A stretch of 64,000 nt of DNA from Squalus acanthias. Taxonomy: Eukaryota. Both the position numbers and the translations under genes were made by a program. The stretch lies in NCBI GenBank assembly GCA_030390025.1, contig CM059431.1:132744001-132808000 (forward strand), read 5' to 3'. Each line of letters opens with the position of its first letter. Position 1 is the first letter of the stretch. This document shows positions 49,936 to 63,247 of this stretch, piece by piece. The notes beneath the pieces were generated by a model. The model did no database searches. It was not told the origin of the DNA and saw only the letters and a program-made list of their open reading frames with translations.

Positions 49936-51773
49936 AGAATCATAGAATGGTTACAGCACAGAAGGAGGCCATTTGGCCCGTCGAGCCCATGAGCACTTCA
50001 GCTAATTCCACTCACCCGCCCTTTCCTCATAGCCCTGCAAATTTTTTTCCTTCAGGTACTTATCCAATTTCCTTTTGAAAGCCGCAATTGAATCTGCCCC
50101 CACCACCCTTTCAGGCAGTGCACTCCAGTTCCTAACCGATCGTTGCGTAAAAAAGATTTTCCTTATGTCACCTTTGGTTCTTCTGCCAATCACCATAAAT
50201 CTTTATCCTCTGGTTCTCGACCCTTCCGCCAATGGGAACAGTTTCTCTCCATCTACTCTGTCTAGACCCGTCATGATTTTGAACACCTCTATCAAATCTC
50301 CTCTCAACCTTCTCAGCTCTAAGGAGAACAACCCCAGCCTCTCCAGTCTATACACGTAACTGAAGTCCCTCATCATTGGAACCATTCTTGTAAATCTTTT
50401 CTGCACCCTCTCTAAGGCCTTCACATCCTTCCTAAAGTGCGGTGCCCAGAATTGGACACAATATTCCAGTTGAGGCTGAACCAGTGTTTTATAAAGGTTC
50501 ATCATAACTTCCTTGCTTTTGTACTCTAGGCCTGCTTTCTCAACCTGCCCTGCCACCTTCAACGATTTGCGCACAGATACCCCCAGGTCTCTCTGTTTAT
50601 GCACCCCCTTTAGAATTGTACCCTTTAGTTTATATTGCCTCTCCTCATTCTTCCTACCGAAATGTATCACTTCGCACTTTTCTGCATTAAATTTCATCTG
50701 CCACATGTCCGCCCATTCCACCACGGTTTATGTCCTCTTGAAGTCCATCACTATCCTCCTCACTGTTCACTATACTTCCAAGTTTTGTGTCATCTGCAAA
50801 TTTTGAAATTGTGCCCTATACACCCAAGTCCAAGTCATTAATATATATCAAGAAAAGCAGTGGTCCTAGTACCGACCCCTGGGGAACACCACTGTATACC
50901 TTCCTCCAGTCCAAAAAACAACCGTTCACCACTACTCTCTGTTTCCTGTCACTTAGCCAATTTCGTATCCATTCTGCCACTGTCCCTTTTATTCCATGGG
51001 CTTCAACTTTGCTGGCAAGCCTATTATGTGGCACATTATCAAACGCCTTTTGGAAATCCATATGCACCACATTAACCGCATTGCCCTCATCAACCCTCTC
51101 TGTTACCTGATCAAAAAAACTCGATCAAGTTAGTTAAACACGATTTGCCTTTAACAAATCTGTGCTGGCTTTCCTTAATTAATCCACACTTGTCCAAGTG
51201 ACTGTTAATTTTGTCCCGGATTATCATTTCTTAAAGCTTCCCCACTACCGAGGTTAAACTGACTGGCCTGTAGTTGCTGGGTTTATCCTTGCAACCTTTT
51301 TCGAACAAGGGTGTAACATTTGAAATTCTCCAGTCCTCTGGCACCACCCCCGTATCTAAGGAGGATTGGAAGATTATGGCCAGTACCTCCGCAATTTCCA
51401 CCTTTACTTCCCTCAGCATCCTAGGATACATCCTATCCGGTCCTGGTGACTTATCTACTTTAACTACAGCCAGACTTTCTAATACCTCCTGTTTATCAAT
51501 TCTTATCTCATCCAGTATCTCCACTACCTCCTCTTTCACTATGTCTATGGCAGCATCTTCTTCCTTGGTAAAGACAGATGCAAAGTACTCATTTAGTACC
51601 TCAGCCATGCCCTCTGCCTCCATGCGTAGGTCTCCTTTTTGGTCCCTAGTCGGTCCTAACCCTCCTCTTACTACCCATGTACTATTTATATTCCTATAGA
51701 AGACTTTTGGATTCCCTTTTTTGTTAGCTGCCAATCTATTCTCATACTCTCTCTTTGCCCCTCTTATTTCCTT
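49936..51773 (-). mobile_element. 5'-truncated CR1 LINE
   Basis: [31 protein letters not shown] and a CR1 tail. Frameshifted. Confidence 0.92.
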
Positions 51774-53189
51774 CAAAAGTATTTAATTGGCTGTGAAGCA
51801 CTTTGGGGCTTCCTGTGTTCATAAAAGGCACTCATTCCAAATTCTTTCTTTAAACAGCTGTGTAGAGAAATGCCAGTGAAATAAAAATTATATTTCACAG
51901 GTGTGATCAGAAAATTTAAACTGATGTTATCGGTTACAAAATACAAAGTCATGTAATTCATACGTTTAACTTGTAAATTGTGTATTAAAAAATAATATTT
52001 AGTGGCCAGTTATGTAAATTGCCATCTCCAACTTAACATCATCATAACCCACTCAATGATTGTGTCATTCAGGAGTTATCTGATCAGCCACATGGAAATA
52101 TTATATGCTATAACTGGTCATGACAAATTCACTACTTCCCAGACCATCTACCTTTTAGTTCCTGGTCACAGTTTTGTGCCGTGAAGTGTCTTCTACTGTG
52201 ACTGAAGCAGAGCTCCATCTTGTCTCCAACTATAAAATCTCTGTATTATATCTTTTTCATATGAAATTTTAGTTAAGCCAATATACTTGAAATGGACTTA
52301 TGTTTGCTACATTTTAAAAAGTGTTCCTTTGTCTGTGTGGGTGAAAGAAGACAATCCACAAATCTGTCCTGAGATAGCTATTAGTTTTGAGAGCGATCAT
52401 CTGCCAGAATCCTAGTGGAAGATTATTGCATTCTCTCACAAGTTAATTTTTTCAAAATTTCCTCCCTGTCATTTGTAATGTTAAATGCATGAAAAACTTA
52501 CAGATGTCTTTTAGACAATCTAGAGTCATTCTTGGAACGAAGCTATTTGCTATGGAAGTCAGGTGTCGAAAGAAAATTAAACAAACAGACAAGCATGCCT
52601 AGTGGGAAAAGATTACTTTGATCTAAGGAGTTCTTCAAAGAAGACTTGCTCCACTTCAAAGAAAAACATAAGTATATCTGGACAGCAGTCTTGGAATGTT
52701 TAGCTCCCAGTTCTATAATTGTCTGCCAATTTCCACATCGCAACAAGAGCAGACACTCCACGGAGCTGAAGCACCCACTCAATTAAAAGATTCTGAAAAA
52801 TATATTTTATTATTTGCAGGACAGTTTAAAGTATTGTGTAAGTAAAGCATTGCATTTGTTTGGTATATTCCTTGGCTTCTGTTTATTTATTATTCTTGTA
52901 AAGAAATTTGACTACTAGTTTTAGCCTGAAAATTACAATTTGGCAGAGTGGTATTTTCTGCCTGTTGGAATGGACAGGAGAGCGTGGTGGGCACCCAGTC
53001 AATCACCAGTACAAAAGAGCACAATAAAAGGTTAACTGTTAGTACTATGGCATGCAATTCCTCTCATGTTACATAAAATTACAAGTTACTGATTGCATCA
53101 AATGCTGATGGGAATAAAAAGAGTTGCCCAATTTGTAACACCAGCAGATGTATTATGATTGAGTAATCAAAATCCCATCATCTAAAACC

Positions 53190-53302
53190 GGGGAAAGGGC
53201 GGGGGAGTGGGACTAGCTGAAGTGCTCTTGCAGAGAGCCGGCACGGGTTCGACGGGCCGAATGGCCTCCTTCTGTGCTGTAACCATTCTATGATTCTATG
53301 AT
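53190..53302 (+). mobile_element. Very short CR1 3'-end insertion
   Basis: CR1 3' UTR with an ATTCTATG-repeat tail, flanked by a TCTAAAACC duplication. Confidence 0.75.
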
Positions 53303-53656
53303 TCTAAAACCATCATAAGAAGGAGGCTTCCATCTCAATGATATTTGGACTGTATTTTAGCCGATTTACCATGGTGAAATAAATGGCTGTGTTCTAACCC
53401 AGTGGTTCTCAACCTCTTTGCTTCCGAGGATCCCTTCCCATGTTATAAAAATTCCGCAAACTCCCTGTAACACAACGCAAGCATTTTTTCTGTATAAAAA
53501 TTAGTTATTAGTTATTAATAGCTTACACCTTATGTAAAGAAGAATTTATTAAGTCCGCAATTTACATAAGCAAAATACTGCGGATGCTGGAAATCTGAAA
53601 TAAAACAGAAAATGCTGGAAATACTCAGCATCTGTAAAGAGAGAAACAGAATTAAC

Positions 53657-55357
53657 GGGCTGGATTTTACCAACCTCGGTGGGTCTGTGGCGGACGACGT
53701 CGGTACCGGCTCCAGCCTGGTGTCCAAAATGATATTCCCCTGATTGGGCTTGTTAAGCCCGCCCAGTGCATTTGCCGGCCAATAGAAGGAAGCGGGTCTG
53801 ATGACATAATTTGATGATGCTACATCAGCAGGTTTCCTTAAAGGGACCGTGCGCAAATTGATTTTGACATTTGTGCTGTCAGTGTTCTACAGCATTGAGG
53901 TGCTGCAAACACTGACAATCACTGCACAGAGGTGCAGGGCTGCACCCAGGCTCTCCCATGACACAGCATGCAGGGAGGTTCACTTCCCTTCCAATGGGCG
54001 GAAGACACTTCCCAGGAGATCATCGCAGCCTGGTTGCACAATGCACAGGAGTACACAAGCAGGGATGTCGTCAGGAGGACCAGGCTGCAGTGGCGCAAAC
54101 CTTTCAATGATCTCAGTAGATCACGAAATGTTAGTACAAAGCCACACTCAACCTCATCCTGCTGTGCCACTCATCACATCTCCATCAGTCTGCCTTCCCT
54201 ACCCTACTCCTGCACATCCTTACTCACACCAACTTACCTTGCACCTCCACCCATCCCTCTCTATCAACATTGGCCCAGAAATTGATCTCGCTCTGTTCCC
54301 GCGGGGGTAAGCCTTCCCCGCGATGTCTCACCTCGCTTATGCTTTTTCTGATCCAGCTCGCACGAACTTGATGTTCCAGACATCAGCTGTGCTGGGCTTG
54401 CGTATCCCAGCGGCGTAGTGAATTCGTGCGAGCTGTGGGATCACGTGACTCAGTTAGAGCCAATGGCAGCACACCATCTTCCATTCATAAGTCTCACAGC
54501 ATGGCTGTGAGACTTATGAATCTTACACCCCCCCAAAATAACAGCTAAACCTCAATTAAATTAAAAAAAAAAACCATCACATTAATAAAATAAGTATAGT
54601 TAATTAAATTAACCATTTTAAATAAAAAATTAAATTTTTGAAAAAATTTAAAATCTTTTAAAAAGTTATAAAAATAAACTTACCTGTCTTTAAAGTCTAT
54701 AAAAAAGATATACCTGTAAAAAAAATTCAAAAAAATACTTAATTCACTACTTGCCTTCTTAAAAGCGGGTCTTACTCCTCCTTTTTACATTTCCAAAATC
54801 TTCCCCACTTACCTGCGCGTCCAAAGCATGAAGTGCACAGCGTGCGCGCAGCCTGTAGCGCGCACGCGATGCACCCAGGCCCCGCCCCCTTTTCAGAAGA
54901 GCAATTGCCGGTTTTCAGCGCATGCGCAGGGCATGCAGAAAACCGGCAATTGGAGTGGGAATACACGAGAGTATGCAGTGCGTACTCTCGCGTCCCGGGA
55001 TCAATTTTCGGCCCAACATCACATCCCCATCTCACTAGCCACCCCTCACACTCACCCTCATCCTAGTGCAATCATACCAACTAACAACACACAAGGGTAG
55101 GCACTTGGGTGTTTTATGCAATGTTCGTGTAAAGTTTCTGTTAATGTGGTGTCAAACATTGAAACCTTTATTTTCAACACTTTGCCTTCTTGGACAGATT
55201 TGTGTGCACCTTTGGAAGTGGTTTAATGAGTTGCAGTGAATGCTGAGACATAACGGTACCCCCCCAATGGTGATGAGTGTGAAAGGAATGGCTTGGACAT
55301 TGTAGGGATGCTTTATGGTGTTGGTGTGAGGTGGTGCCAACCTAGCGCATCATGTGG
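53657..55357 (-). mobile_element. Third, inverted and truncated copy of the 22101-23855 Harbinger derivative
   Basis: Starts GGGCTGGATTTTACC directly after a Penelope pLTR fragment (~53568-53656). Myb remnant AAPRLSHD...WRKPFNDL on the + strand. Confidence 0.8.
54272..55014. mobile_element. Nested Harbinger-type MITE
   Basis: TIRs GGCCCAGAAATTGATC / GATCAATTTTCGGCCC. The host sequence rejoins across it. TSD imperfect. Confidence 0.8.
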
Positions 55358-56944
55358 TTCCGCACAAGGGGAAAGAAAAGGGTTGAAAGGAAGGCTCACA
55401 CTACCTTGCCCCATGCAACGCCGGACTAACTCGTGGATTTCCCCCCTATTATTTAATAGTTAAAAGTGGCGAGTGGAACGTGGAAGCGAATAGGGCTGGA
55501 TCAAAAAAAAAACTTACCAAGATAAATGCTGCTGTAAAAGTCAGTGACACGCAAAGGGACATGTTTAAGCATTCATAGAAATCATAGAATCATAGAAATT
55601 TAAGGCACTGAAGGAGGCCATTCGGCCCATCATTCAAATGGTGTCCAACAGTAAGAACCTGAATTGACTGCGCAAGCACAGTCTTTATAGCTGAGATTAT
55701 TCCACTCCTGTTTATGCCATAAAGATTAGTAGTCTCCCCTGTATATTGATGGGATAAACCAACTGGCAGACCCCCTGCAATCTTCTCGCGGACCCCTAGG
55801 GGCCGTGGACCCCCCAGTTGAGAAACCTTGTTCTAACCCATGGCACCCCTTGTCCCAAAAAAGTTGCCAACAATACAGCTAAGTAATCTGGAAAATGATT
55901 GCATGTTAATAGTCCCATTATTTCCAGTATTAAATACTTGCATCTTTATCCTCTGAACTTTAATGTTTCAGACTGAAAAACAATTGTGATTTTTCACTGC
56001 ATTCTATTGCTTGTAATTAGTGCTGTGGTTTGTGTCCTATTTCACTAATTCAAATTTATGCATTATTAGACTTCAGACGTCAGTTAAAACTTATCTTCTT
56101 GTTAGATTTGCTAGCAGTAAGGTTTGCCTACTACTATATTAATATTTGTCCTGATGTGTATCATTATACACAATGCGTTTTTGTTCATTGTGACTCACTA
56201 TTTCTGCCCATTAACAAATGATTATGTAAGTAAACTAACTTTTTTTGCCTTCAGGAACCTGAACTGCACCCAAAAATTTACATAAGAATGTTTGATTCCC
56301 AGGCCCAACTGTGCAAACAGGTTAGATTTGATCCTGTTTTTAAGTTTTAAGTCAAACAGTTTTTAAGCCTTGAACTGTGGGTTCCCATTGCTATTAAATA
56401 TATCTATTGTAAGTTTGAAATGAATCTTACACAAACATTTTTAACATGAACCCTTGAGCCACTATCTCACCTTTTTCCAATTTCCCCTCTCCTCTCCTGA
56501 AGGTGGGAACTCTTGGTTTCACAGACACAACAACACTTCGGTATCTCATCCAAGTGGCCATTATTCATGTGTGTGATGTGGATAGTGAGTGTAAGTGGAC
56601 TATTTGACCATGGAGGCACTGCAGTCAAGCCTATTCTCACCCGACATCTACACACACACACTTTCCAGCGGGAGTCACGGAATAGCAACCAGAAGCAGGA
56701 ACTCTGGCTGATTTATTCCTTCTTAGCCCAGGACCACTGAAGCCAATTGTATCACTCCATCTGCTGTCCTGGCTGACATCAGCTAACTCACCATAGACTG
56801 AGAACTGAACTGGGGTCTGTATGGCTTTGTGCTGCAAATCGTCAGGGCATCTCTCACATTTAAAGGGCAGTTTTAAAATGGGTCTTAGTACATACCTCAT
56901 TGTTTAACATAGGCCTTTGAATGACTTCTAATTGCCAATTGTTA

Positions 56945-57102
56945 ATTGCTGTTTGTGGGAGCTTGCTGTGCGCAAACTGGCTGCCGCGTTTCCTACATTA
57001 CAACAGTGACTCCACTTCAAAAGTACTTCATTGGCTGTAAAGCACTTTGGGACGTCCGGTGGTCGTGAAAAGCGCTATATAAATGCAAGTCTTTCTTTCT
57101 TT
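56945..57102 (+). mobile_element. Deu-SINE (SacSINE/AmnSINE1-like) 3' fragment
   Basis: TTTGTGGGAGCTTGCTGTGCGCAAA...GCGCTATATAAATGCAAG, an L2-type tail. Confidence 0.75.
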
Positions 57103-57325
57103 AACATTTTAAAACAATTATGATTAACTGGTCCATCTTTTCATTTATTTTTGTTAATATTTAATAATATGTTTGTTGGTAAGCTCATCAGGGTAACTGA
57201 CTTGGTTGAGTTCCAGTTCAATAGTGTGAGGCAGCTGAATCAGTATCAGCAGAGGCACAGTCATTTACCCAGGATGCTCCAGTGCTCATGCGGTTACCGC
57301 TGTGCATTTCAATTCCTCTCCTCAG

Positions 57326-57763
57326 TAAAGAAAGAAGAAAGAACTTGCATTTGTATAGCACCATTTACATTCTCAGGATGCCCCATAAACGCTTCACAGC
57401 CAATTTGAAGTATAGTCATTGTTGTAATGTAGGAAATGTGGCAGCCAATTTTGTGCACAGCAAGGTCCCAAAAACAGCAATGAGAAAATGACCAGAATTA
57501 GTGATGTTGGTTGAGGGATAAATATTGGCCAGGACACCGGGGAGAACGCCTCTGCTCTTCTTCGTATAGTGCCTTGGGATCTTTTAGGTCCACCTGAGAT
57601 AACAGACTCAGCTGAAAAGCAGTACCTCCAACAGTGCAACACTCCCTCAGTGCTGCACTGAGGCATCAACCCAGATTATATGCTGAAGTCCCTGGAATGG
57701 GACTTGAACCCACAACCTTCTCACTCAAAGGTGGGAGTGCTGCCACTGAGCCACAGCTGACAC
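57326..57763 (-). mobile_element. Near-complete Deu-SINE
   Basis: tRNA-like head (GGCTCAGTGG ... GGTTCAAGTCC on the - strand), core CAGTGCAGCACTGAGGGAGTG, and an L2-type tail. Partial copies at ~33270-33470, ~51775-51850 and ~58205-58312. Confidence 0.78.
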
Positions 57764-59246
57764 AGGGATGGGCAATAAATGCTCACCTTGCTAGCGACAC
57801 CCATATCCCAAGAATGATTTAAAAAACGACTATTTTTAAAATGTGACTTTACAACTGTTGGAGTTACACGTCACTTACAACTTAAAGCAGCATAAAACTA
57901 ACTACTGGAGAGGGCTTCACATCTCTTGCTTTAGATTGCCAATTGACTGTTGAGTTATATTGCCACTTTTGTATCAATATTTCAACACTTACATGTAGTA
58001 AATGTAGAAATTTGAATGATTTTCTGTGGGCTATCACACTGTGCTAAATCACTTGCCTACACATCATGTTACCTGTATTTTTCATTCTGCTGAATTATCT
58101 CCCTTGAATCAAGGAAATATTACATATTAATGAACAGTATTCATGCTCATGATCAATCATTTTCATAAGATAACAATATAGTTTCAATGAAAAACATAAA
58201 GGGAAGAGAGAGAAAACTTACATTATATAGCGTATTTCGTGACCTCAGGATGTCCCAACGTGCTTTACAGCCAATGAAGTATTTTGAAGTGTAGTCACTG
58301 TTGTAATTGTAAGAAGGCCATTTGATCTAATACTAGCTCTACCATCTTCCCATTAAAGCATCTAGTTGTTTCTGATATGAATCCAAAGCCTTGGCTGGAA
58401 GCATCCTTCTGGCAACCCATTTCCAGCTCTTGATTACACTTTGTGTGAAAAAATACTTCCTGATGTTCGCCCTGATGCATCTGAAGGTATTGTTAATTAC
58501 TGCCATCAGGATCAATGTCATCAGGATCAATGAGCATTTTATTTCACAGATGTAACTTTTCACATCCAGCAGTAATACATTTCAGCTATGTTGAATGATG
58601 CACTTCGAGTTGTATCAGGGGCCATGTAGACATTATATAAACTCACACTTCACTGTTCCTACCATTCTTTCATTTGTGGTTCATTGTAGTTCAAAAATGG
58701 CAGTTTGCTGGTCTTTATGATTTATGAGCAAAACCCATCACTTCAATTTATTTAAAATTCACCGTGCTCAAAAATATATTCTACCACAAAGATATCAGCA
58801 GGCTACTGTAACATACCCAACTTCACAGGCTGTATCAGTAATGGTGACCATGAAACTACCGGAGTGTCGTAAAAACCCATCTGGTTCACTAATGTCCTTT
58901 AGGGAAGGGAATCTGCCAACATGTGACTCCAGATCCACAGCAACGTGATTGACTCTTAACTGCCCTCTGAAATGGCCCAGCAAGCCACTCAGTTGTACCA
59001 AAGTGCTACAATTAAGTATACAAAGAATAAAACCAGACTGACCACCCGGCATCGACCTAGGCACCGGACACGACAAAGGCACACCCAACCCTGTCGACCC
59101 TGCAAAGCCCTCCTCACTAACATCTAGGGAGTTGTGCCAAAATTGGGAGAGCTGTCCCACAGACTAGTCAAGCCACAGCCTGACATAGTCACACTCACAG
59201 AATCATACCTTTTAGCCAACATCCCAGACTCCTCCATCACCATCCC

Positions 59247-61349
59247 ATAAGAACATAAGAAATAGAAGCAGGAATAGGCCACTAGGCCCCTCGAGCCTGC
59301 TCCGCCATTCAATAAGATCATGGCTGATCTTGGGCTCAAAGCCACTTCCCCGCCCACTCCCCATAACCCTTCACTCCCTTACCTTGCAAAAATCTGTCTA
59401 TCTCCACCTTAATTAATTTATTTAATGACCCAGCCTCCACAGCTCTCTGGGGCAGAGAATTCCACAGATTTATGACCCTCTGAGAGAAGAAATTCCTCCT
59501 CATCTCAGTTCTAAAAGGGTGGCCCTTTATTCTAAAATTGTGCCCCCGCGTTCTAGATTGCCCCACGAGGGGAAACATCCTCTCTGCATCTACCTTGTCG
59601 AGCCCCCTCAGTATCTTATTGTTTCAATAAGATCACCTCTCATTCTTCTAAATTCCAATGAGTATAGGCCCAGCCTGCTCAACCTTTCCTCATAAGTCAA
59701 CCCCCTCATCTCTGGAATTAACCTAGTGAATCGTCTCTGAACTGCCTCCAATGCAAGTATATCCTTCCTTAAATAAGGAGACCAAAACTGTACGCAGTAC
59801 TCAAGGTGAGGTCTCACCAATACCCTGTACAGTTGTAGCAGGACTTCCCTGCTTTTATACTCCAACCCGCTTGCAATAAAGGCCAACATTCCATTTGCCT
59901 TTTTGATTACTTGCTGTACCTGCATGTTAACTTTTTGTGTTTCATGCACAAGGACCCCCAGATCCCTCTGAACTGTAGCATTTTGTAATCTCTCTCCATT
60001 TAAATAATAATTTGCTTTTTTATTTCTCCTGCCAAAGTGGATAACCTTGCACTTTCCCACATTATACTCCATCTGCCAAATGTTTGCCCACTCACCTAGC
60101 CTATCTATATCCCTTTGCAGATTCTTTGAGTCCTCTGCACAACTTGCTTTCTCACCCATCTTTGTATCATCCGCAAACTTGGCTACATTACACTCGGTCC
60201 CTTCATCCAAGTCATTAATGTAGAGTGTAAATAGTTGAGGCCCCAGCACTGATCCCTGTGGCACCCCACTAGTTACCGTTTGCCAACCGGAAACTGACCC
60301 ATTTATCCCGACTCTCTGCTTTCTGTTAGTTAGACAATTCTCTATCCAATATATTACCCCCAATTCCATGAGCTCTTATCTCATGCAGTAACCTTTTATG
60401 TGGCACCTTATCAAATGCCTTCTGGAAATCCAAATACACCACATCCACTGGTTCACCTTTGTCCTCGTTACATCCTCAAAGAACTCCAGCAAATTTGTTG
60501 AACATGATTTCCCTTTCATAAAACCATGCTGACTCTGCTTGACTGCATTATGATTTTCCAAATGCCCTGCTACTGCTTCCTTAATGAAGGACTCCAGCAT
60601 TTTCCCAATGACAGATGTTAGGCTAACTGGTCTATAGTTTCCTGCTTTCTGTCACCCTCCTTTCTTAAATAGGGGTGTTACATTTGCGGTTTTCCAATCC
60701 GCTGGGACCTCTCCAGAGTCCAGGGAATTTTGGTATTTTGCAACCAATGCATCCACTATCTCTGCAGCCACTTCTTTTCAGACCCTGGGATGCAGGCCAT
60801 CTGGTCCAGGGGACTTGTCATCTTTTAGTCCCATTATTTTACCAAGTACTATTTCCTTAGTGATATTGATTGTCTTTAGTTCCCCCCTCCCTGTGGCCCC
60901 TTGATTATCCATTATTGGGATGTTGTTAGTGTCTTCTACCGTGAAGACAGGTACAAAATATTTGTTCAGAGTCTCTGCCATTTCCCCGATCCCCATTATT
61001 AACTCCCCAGTCTCATCCTCCAAGGGACCAATGTTTACTTTAGCTACCCTCTTCCTTTTTATATACCTGTAGAAGCTCTTACTATCTGTTTTAATGTTTC
61101 TTGCCAGTTTACTCTCATAAGTCATCTTCTCTCTCTTTATTATTTTTTTAGTCATCCTTTGCTGGTTTTTAAAAATTTCCCAATCCTCTGGTCTCCCGCC
61201 AACCTTGGCAACATTGTATGCCTTTGTTTTCAATTTAATACCATCCTTTACTTCCTTAGTTAGCCATGGATGGTGCTCCCGTCTCTTAAAATCTTTCTTT
61301 CTCACTGGAATATATTTTTGTTGAGAGTTATGAAATATCTCCTTAAATG
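59247..61349 (-). mobile_element. 5'-truncated CR1 LINE nested in the LINE above
   Basis: ORF2 fragments at 59608-60369 and 60778-61349 and a CR1 tail at 59247. Confidence 0.92.
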
Positions 61350-61685
61350 TCCGCCACCCTGGGTATGTCCTGTCCCACTGGCATGACAGACCCACCAGTG
61401 GTATACAGTTGGGAAGCAGTGGCCCTGAGAGTCCTCAAGATTGACTCCGGACCCCAGGAAGTTTCATGGCATCAGCTCAAACATGGGCAAGGAAACCTCC
61501 TGCTGATTACTACCTACCAACCTCCCTCAGCTGATGAATCAGTACTCCTCCACGTTGAACACCACTTGGAAGAAGCAATGAGGGTAGTAAGGGCATAGAA
61601 TGTACTCTGGGTGGGGGACTTCAATGTCCATCACCAAGAGTGGCTTGGTAGCAACACTACTGACCGAGCTGGCATTGTCCTGAAG

Positions 61686-61912
61686 TGGTCATGATGCGGA
61701 GATGCCGGTGTTGGACTGGGGTGGACAAAATTGAGAGGTCGCACAACACCAGGTTATAGTCCAACAGTTTTATTTGAAATCACAAGCTTTCGGAGCTATC
61801 GATTTGCTCCTTCCTCACTTCACCTGAGGAAGGAGCAAATCGATAGCTCCGAAAGCTTGTGATTTCAAATAAAACTGTTGGACTATAACCTGGTGTTGTG
61901 CGACCTCTCAAT
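61686..61912. mobile_element. Short Penelope-type inverted-repeat insert (hairpin element, copy 2)
   Basis: 12-bp TSD ATTGTCCTGAAG at 61674-61685 and 61913-61924. Perfect 88-bp arms at 61730-61817 and 61825-61912. Confidence 0.88.
61820..61862 (+). ncRNA. Minimal type I hammerhead ribozyme motif (apparently intact)
   Basis: TCAC-CTGAGGA-A-GGAGC-AAATCGATA-GCTCC-GAAA-GCTT-GTGA. Stem I is TCAC/GTGA, stem II is 5 bp, and stem III lies within palindromic AAGCTT. Confidence 0.7.
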
Positions 61913-62212
61913 ATTGTCCTGAAGGACATAGACTGGGCTTGCGGCAGGTGGTGAGAGAACCAACACGAGGGAAGAACCTTTTTGACCTCGTCCTCACCAA
62001 TCTACCTGTCGCAGATGCATCTGTCCATGACAGTATTGTCCTGTCTTCACACTGAGGTCACTGAGGTTGTGTTGTGTGGCACTACCACAGTGCTAAATGG
62101 GATAGATTCAGAACAGATCTAGCAGCTCAAAACTGGGCATCCATGAGGTGCTGTGGGCCACCAGCAGCAGCAGAATTGTATTCCACCACAATCTGTAACC
62201 TCATGGCCCGAC

Positions 62213-63247
62213 TGTAAGCATCGAACGCAGGCCCCAAGTTCATTTCAGACTTTTTGAATGATTATTACCAACAGCCTGTTTGGAGAAGATGGGAGGGGCC
62301 CAGGTGTTCGTGAACAGGAGATTCCAGCCAGGCCTACAAACTAATTATGGGAGAATGTCTGGGCAGACAGAATTCTCTGGGAAGACAATGGGTCTGGGGA
62401 GGTGACTCATATGGTCACAAGCACCTAGATGAGATAGCCCCGAAGGCGGGAACCAGACAAAAGAGAGCCATTGTAAATTAATGGGAAGCCACTTAACCCA
62501 GGATCAGGTGAGAAGTGTGGCCCATCATCTGCCATTATCACCAGCACCTAGTTGGGATAGCCCCGAAAGGCAGGAAACCAGACAAAGAAGACAAAGAAGG
62601 GTGATTAAAAAGACATCACTGCAACTACACAGACCGGAGAGGACATAGAGAAGGCAGCTTTGGCCTTTCGCTCTCTCTCTCGCTTGCTCTAAACCACCAC
62701 GAGCAACAAGAGCCTCGCCTTGCTCTTCGAACCTCGAAACTAGGACTTGGATACTGCATCGGCGATACGGAACCAGGAGACACGTTCTACACAGGGGAGC
62801 AGCGAGCAAGAAAACGGACAATCAGGGTGAGCATTGTCCAAGCCCACGCATCCTTAAGACCACCGGTACTGTGTGAGGGGGTGTTGTGTGTCCCAACCAA
62901 GCCAGAGGGGTTTAGTGGGGAGGTTCTGTGTGTATTATATAGTGTATGTTCCGGGGTTTGTGGGACAAGTCCGTGTTATACTCTGTATAGCAACACAGTG
63001 TGATTTTAGGCGTCTTAATACGAGACAGGGGCCTGTTCGACGGTCCAAGTTGTATTGTTGTACTATTTGTTTTACGCCACCAGGCATTTTACATACTGGA
63101 GGCGGGTGTGTGTATTAACTTTATTAAACACCGTACGGTTGAGTCCGAAAAGCTTGTCTGTGTCCCAATCCTGTTCACCGTAATTCCTGTCGTATAGAAC
63201 TAAGTAGGGGGGGGGGTGATTCGAACCACCAGAGCAAACCACCTACA
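62213..63247 (+). mobile_element. Solo LTR (~1035 bp) of an ERV or Gypsy-type element
   Basis: TGTA...TACA termini and a 4-bp TSD CGAC/GGAC. The host LINE rejoins across it. Internal direct repeat GATAGCCCCGAAGGC occurs twice. ATTAAA near the 3' end. Confidence 0.8.

Larger units (their letters stand above)
53400..55830. mobile_element. hAT (Charlie-type) non-autonomous element hosting nested inserts
   Basis: TIRs CAGTGGTTCTCAAC / GTTGAGAAACCTTG. Perfect 8-bp TSD TTCTAACC at 53392-53399 and 55831-55838. Confidence 0.9.
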
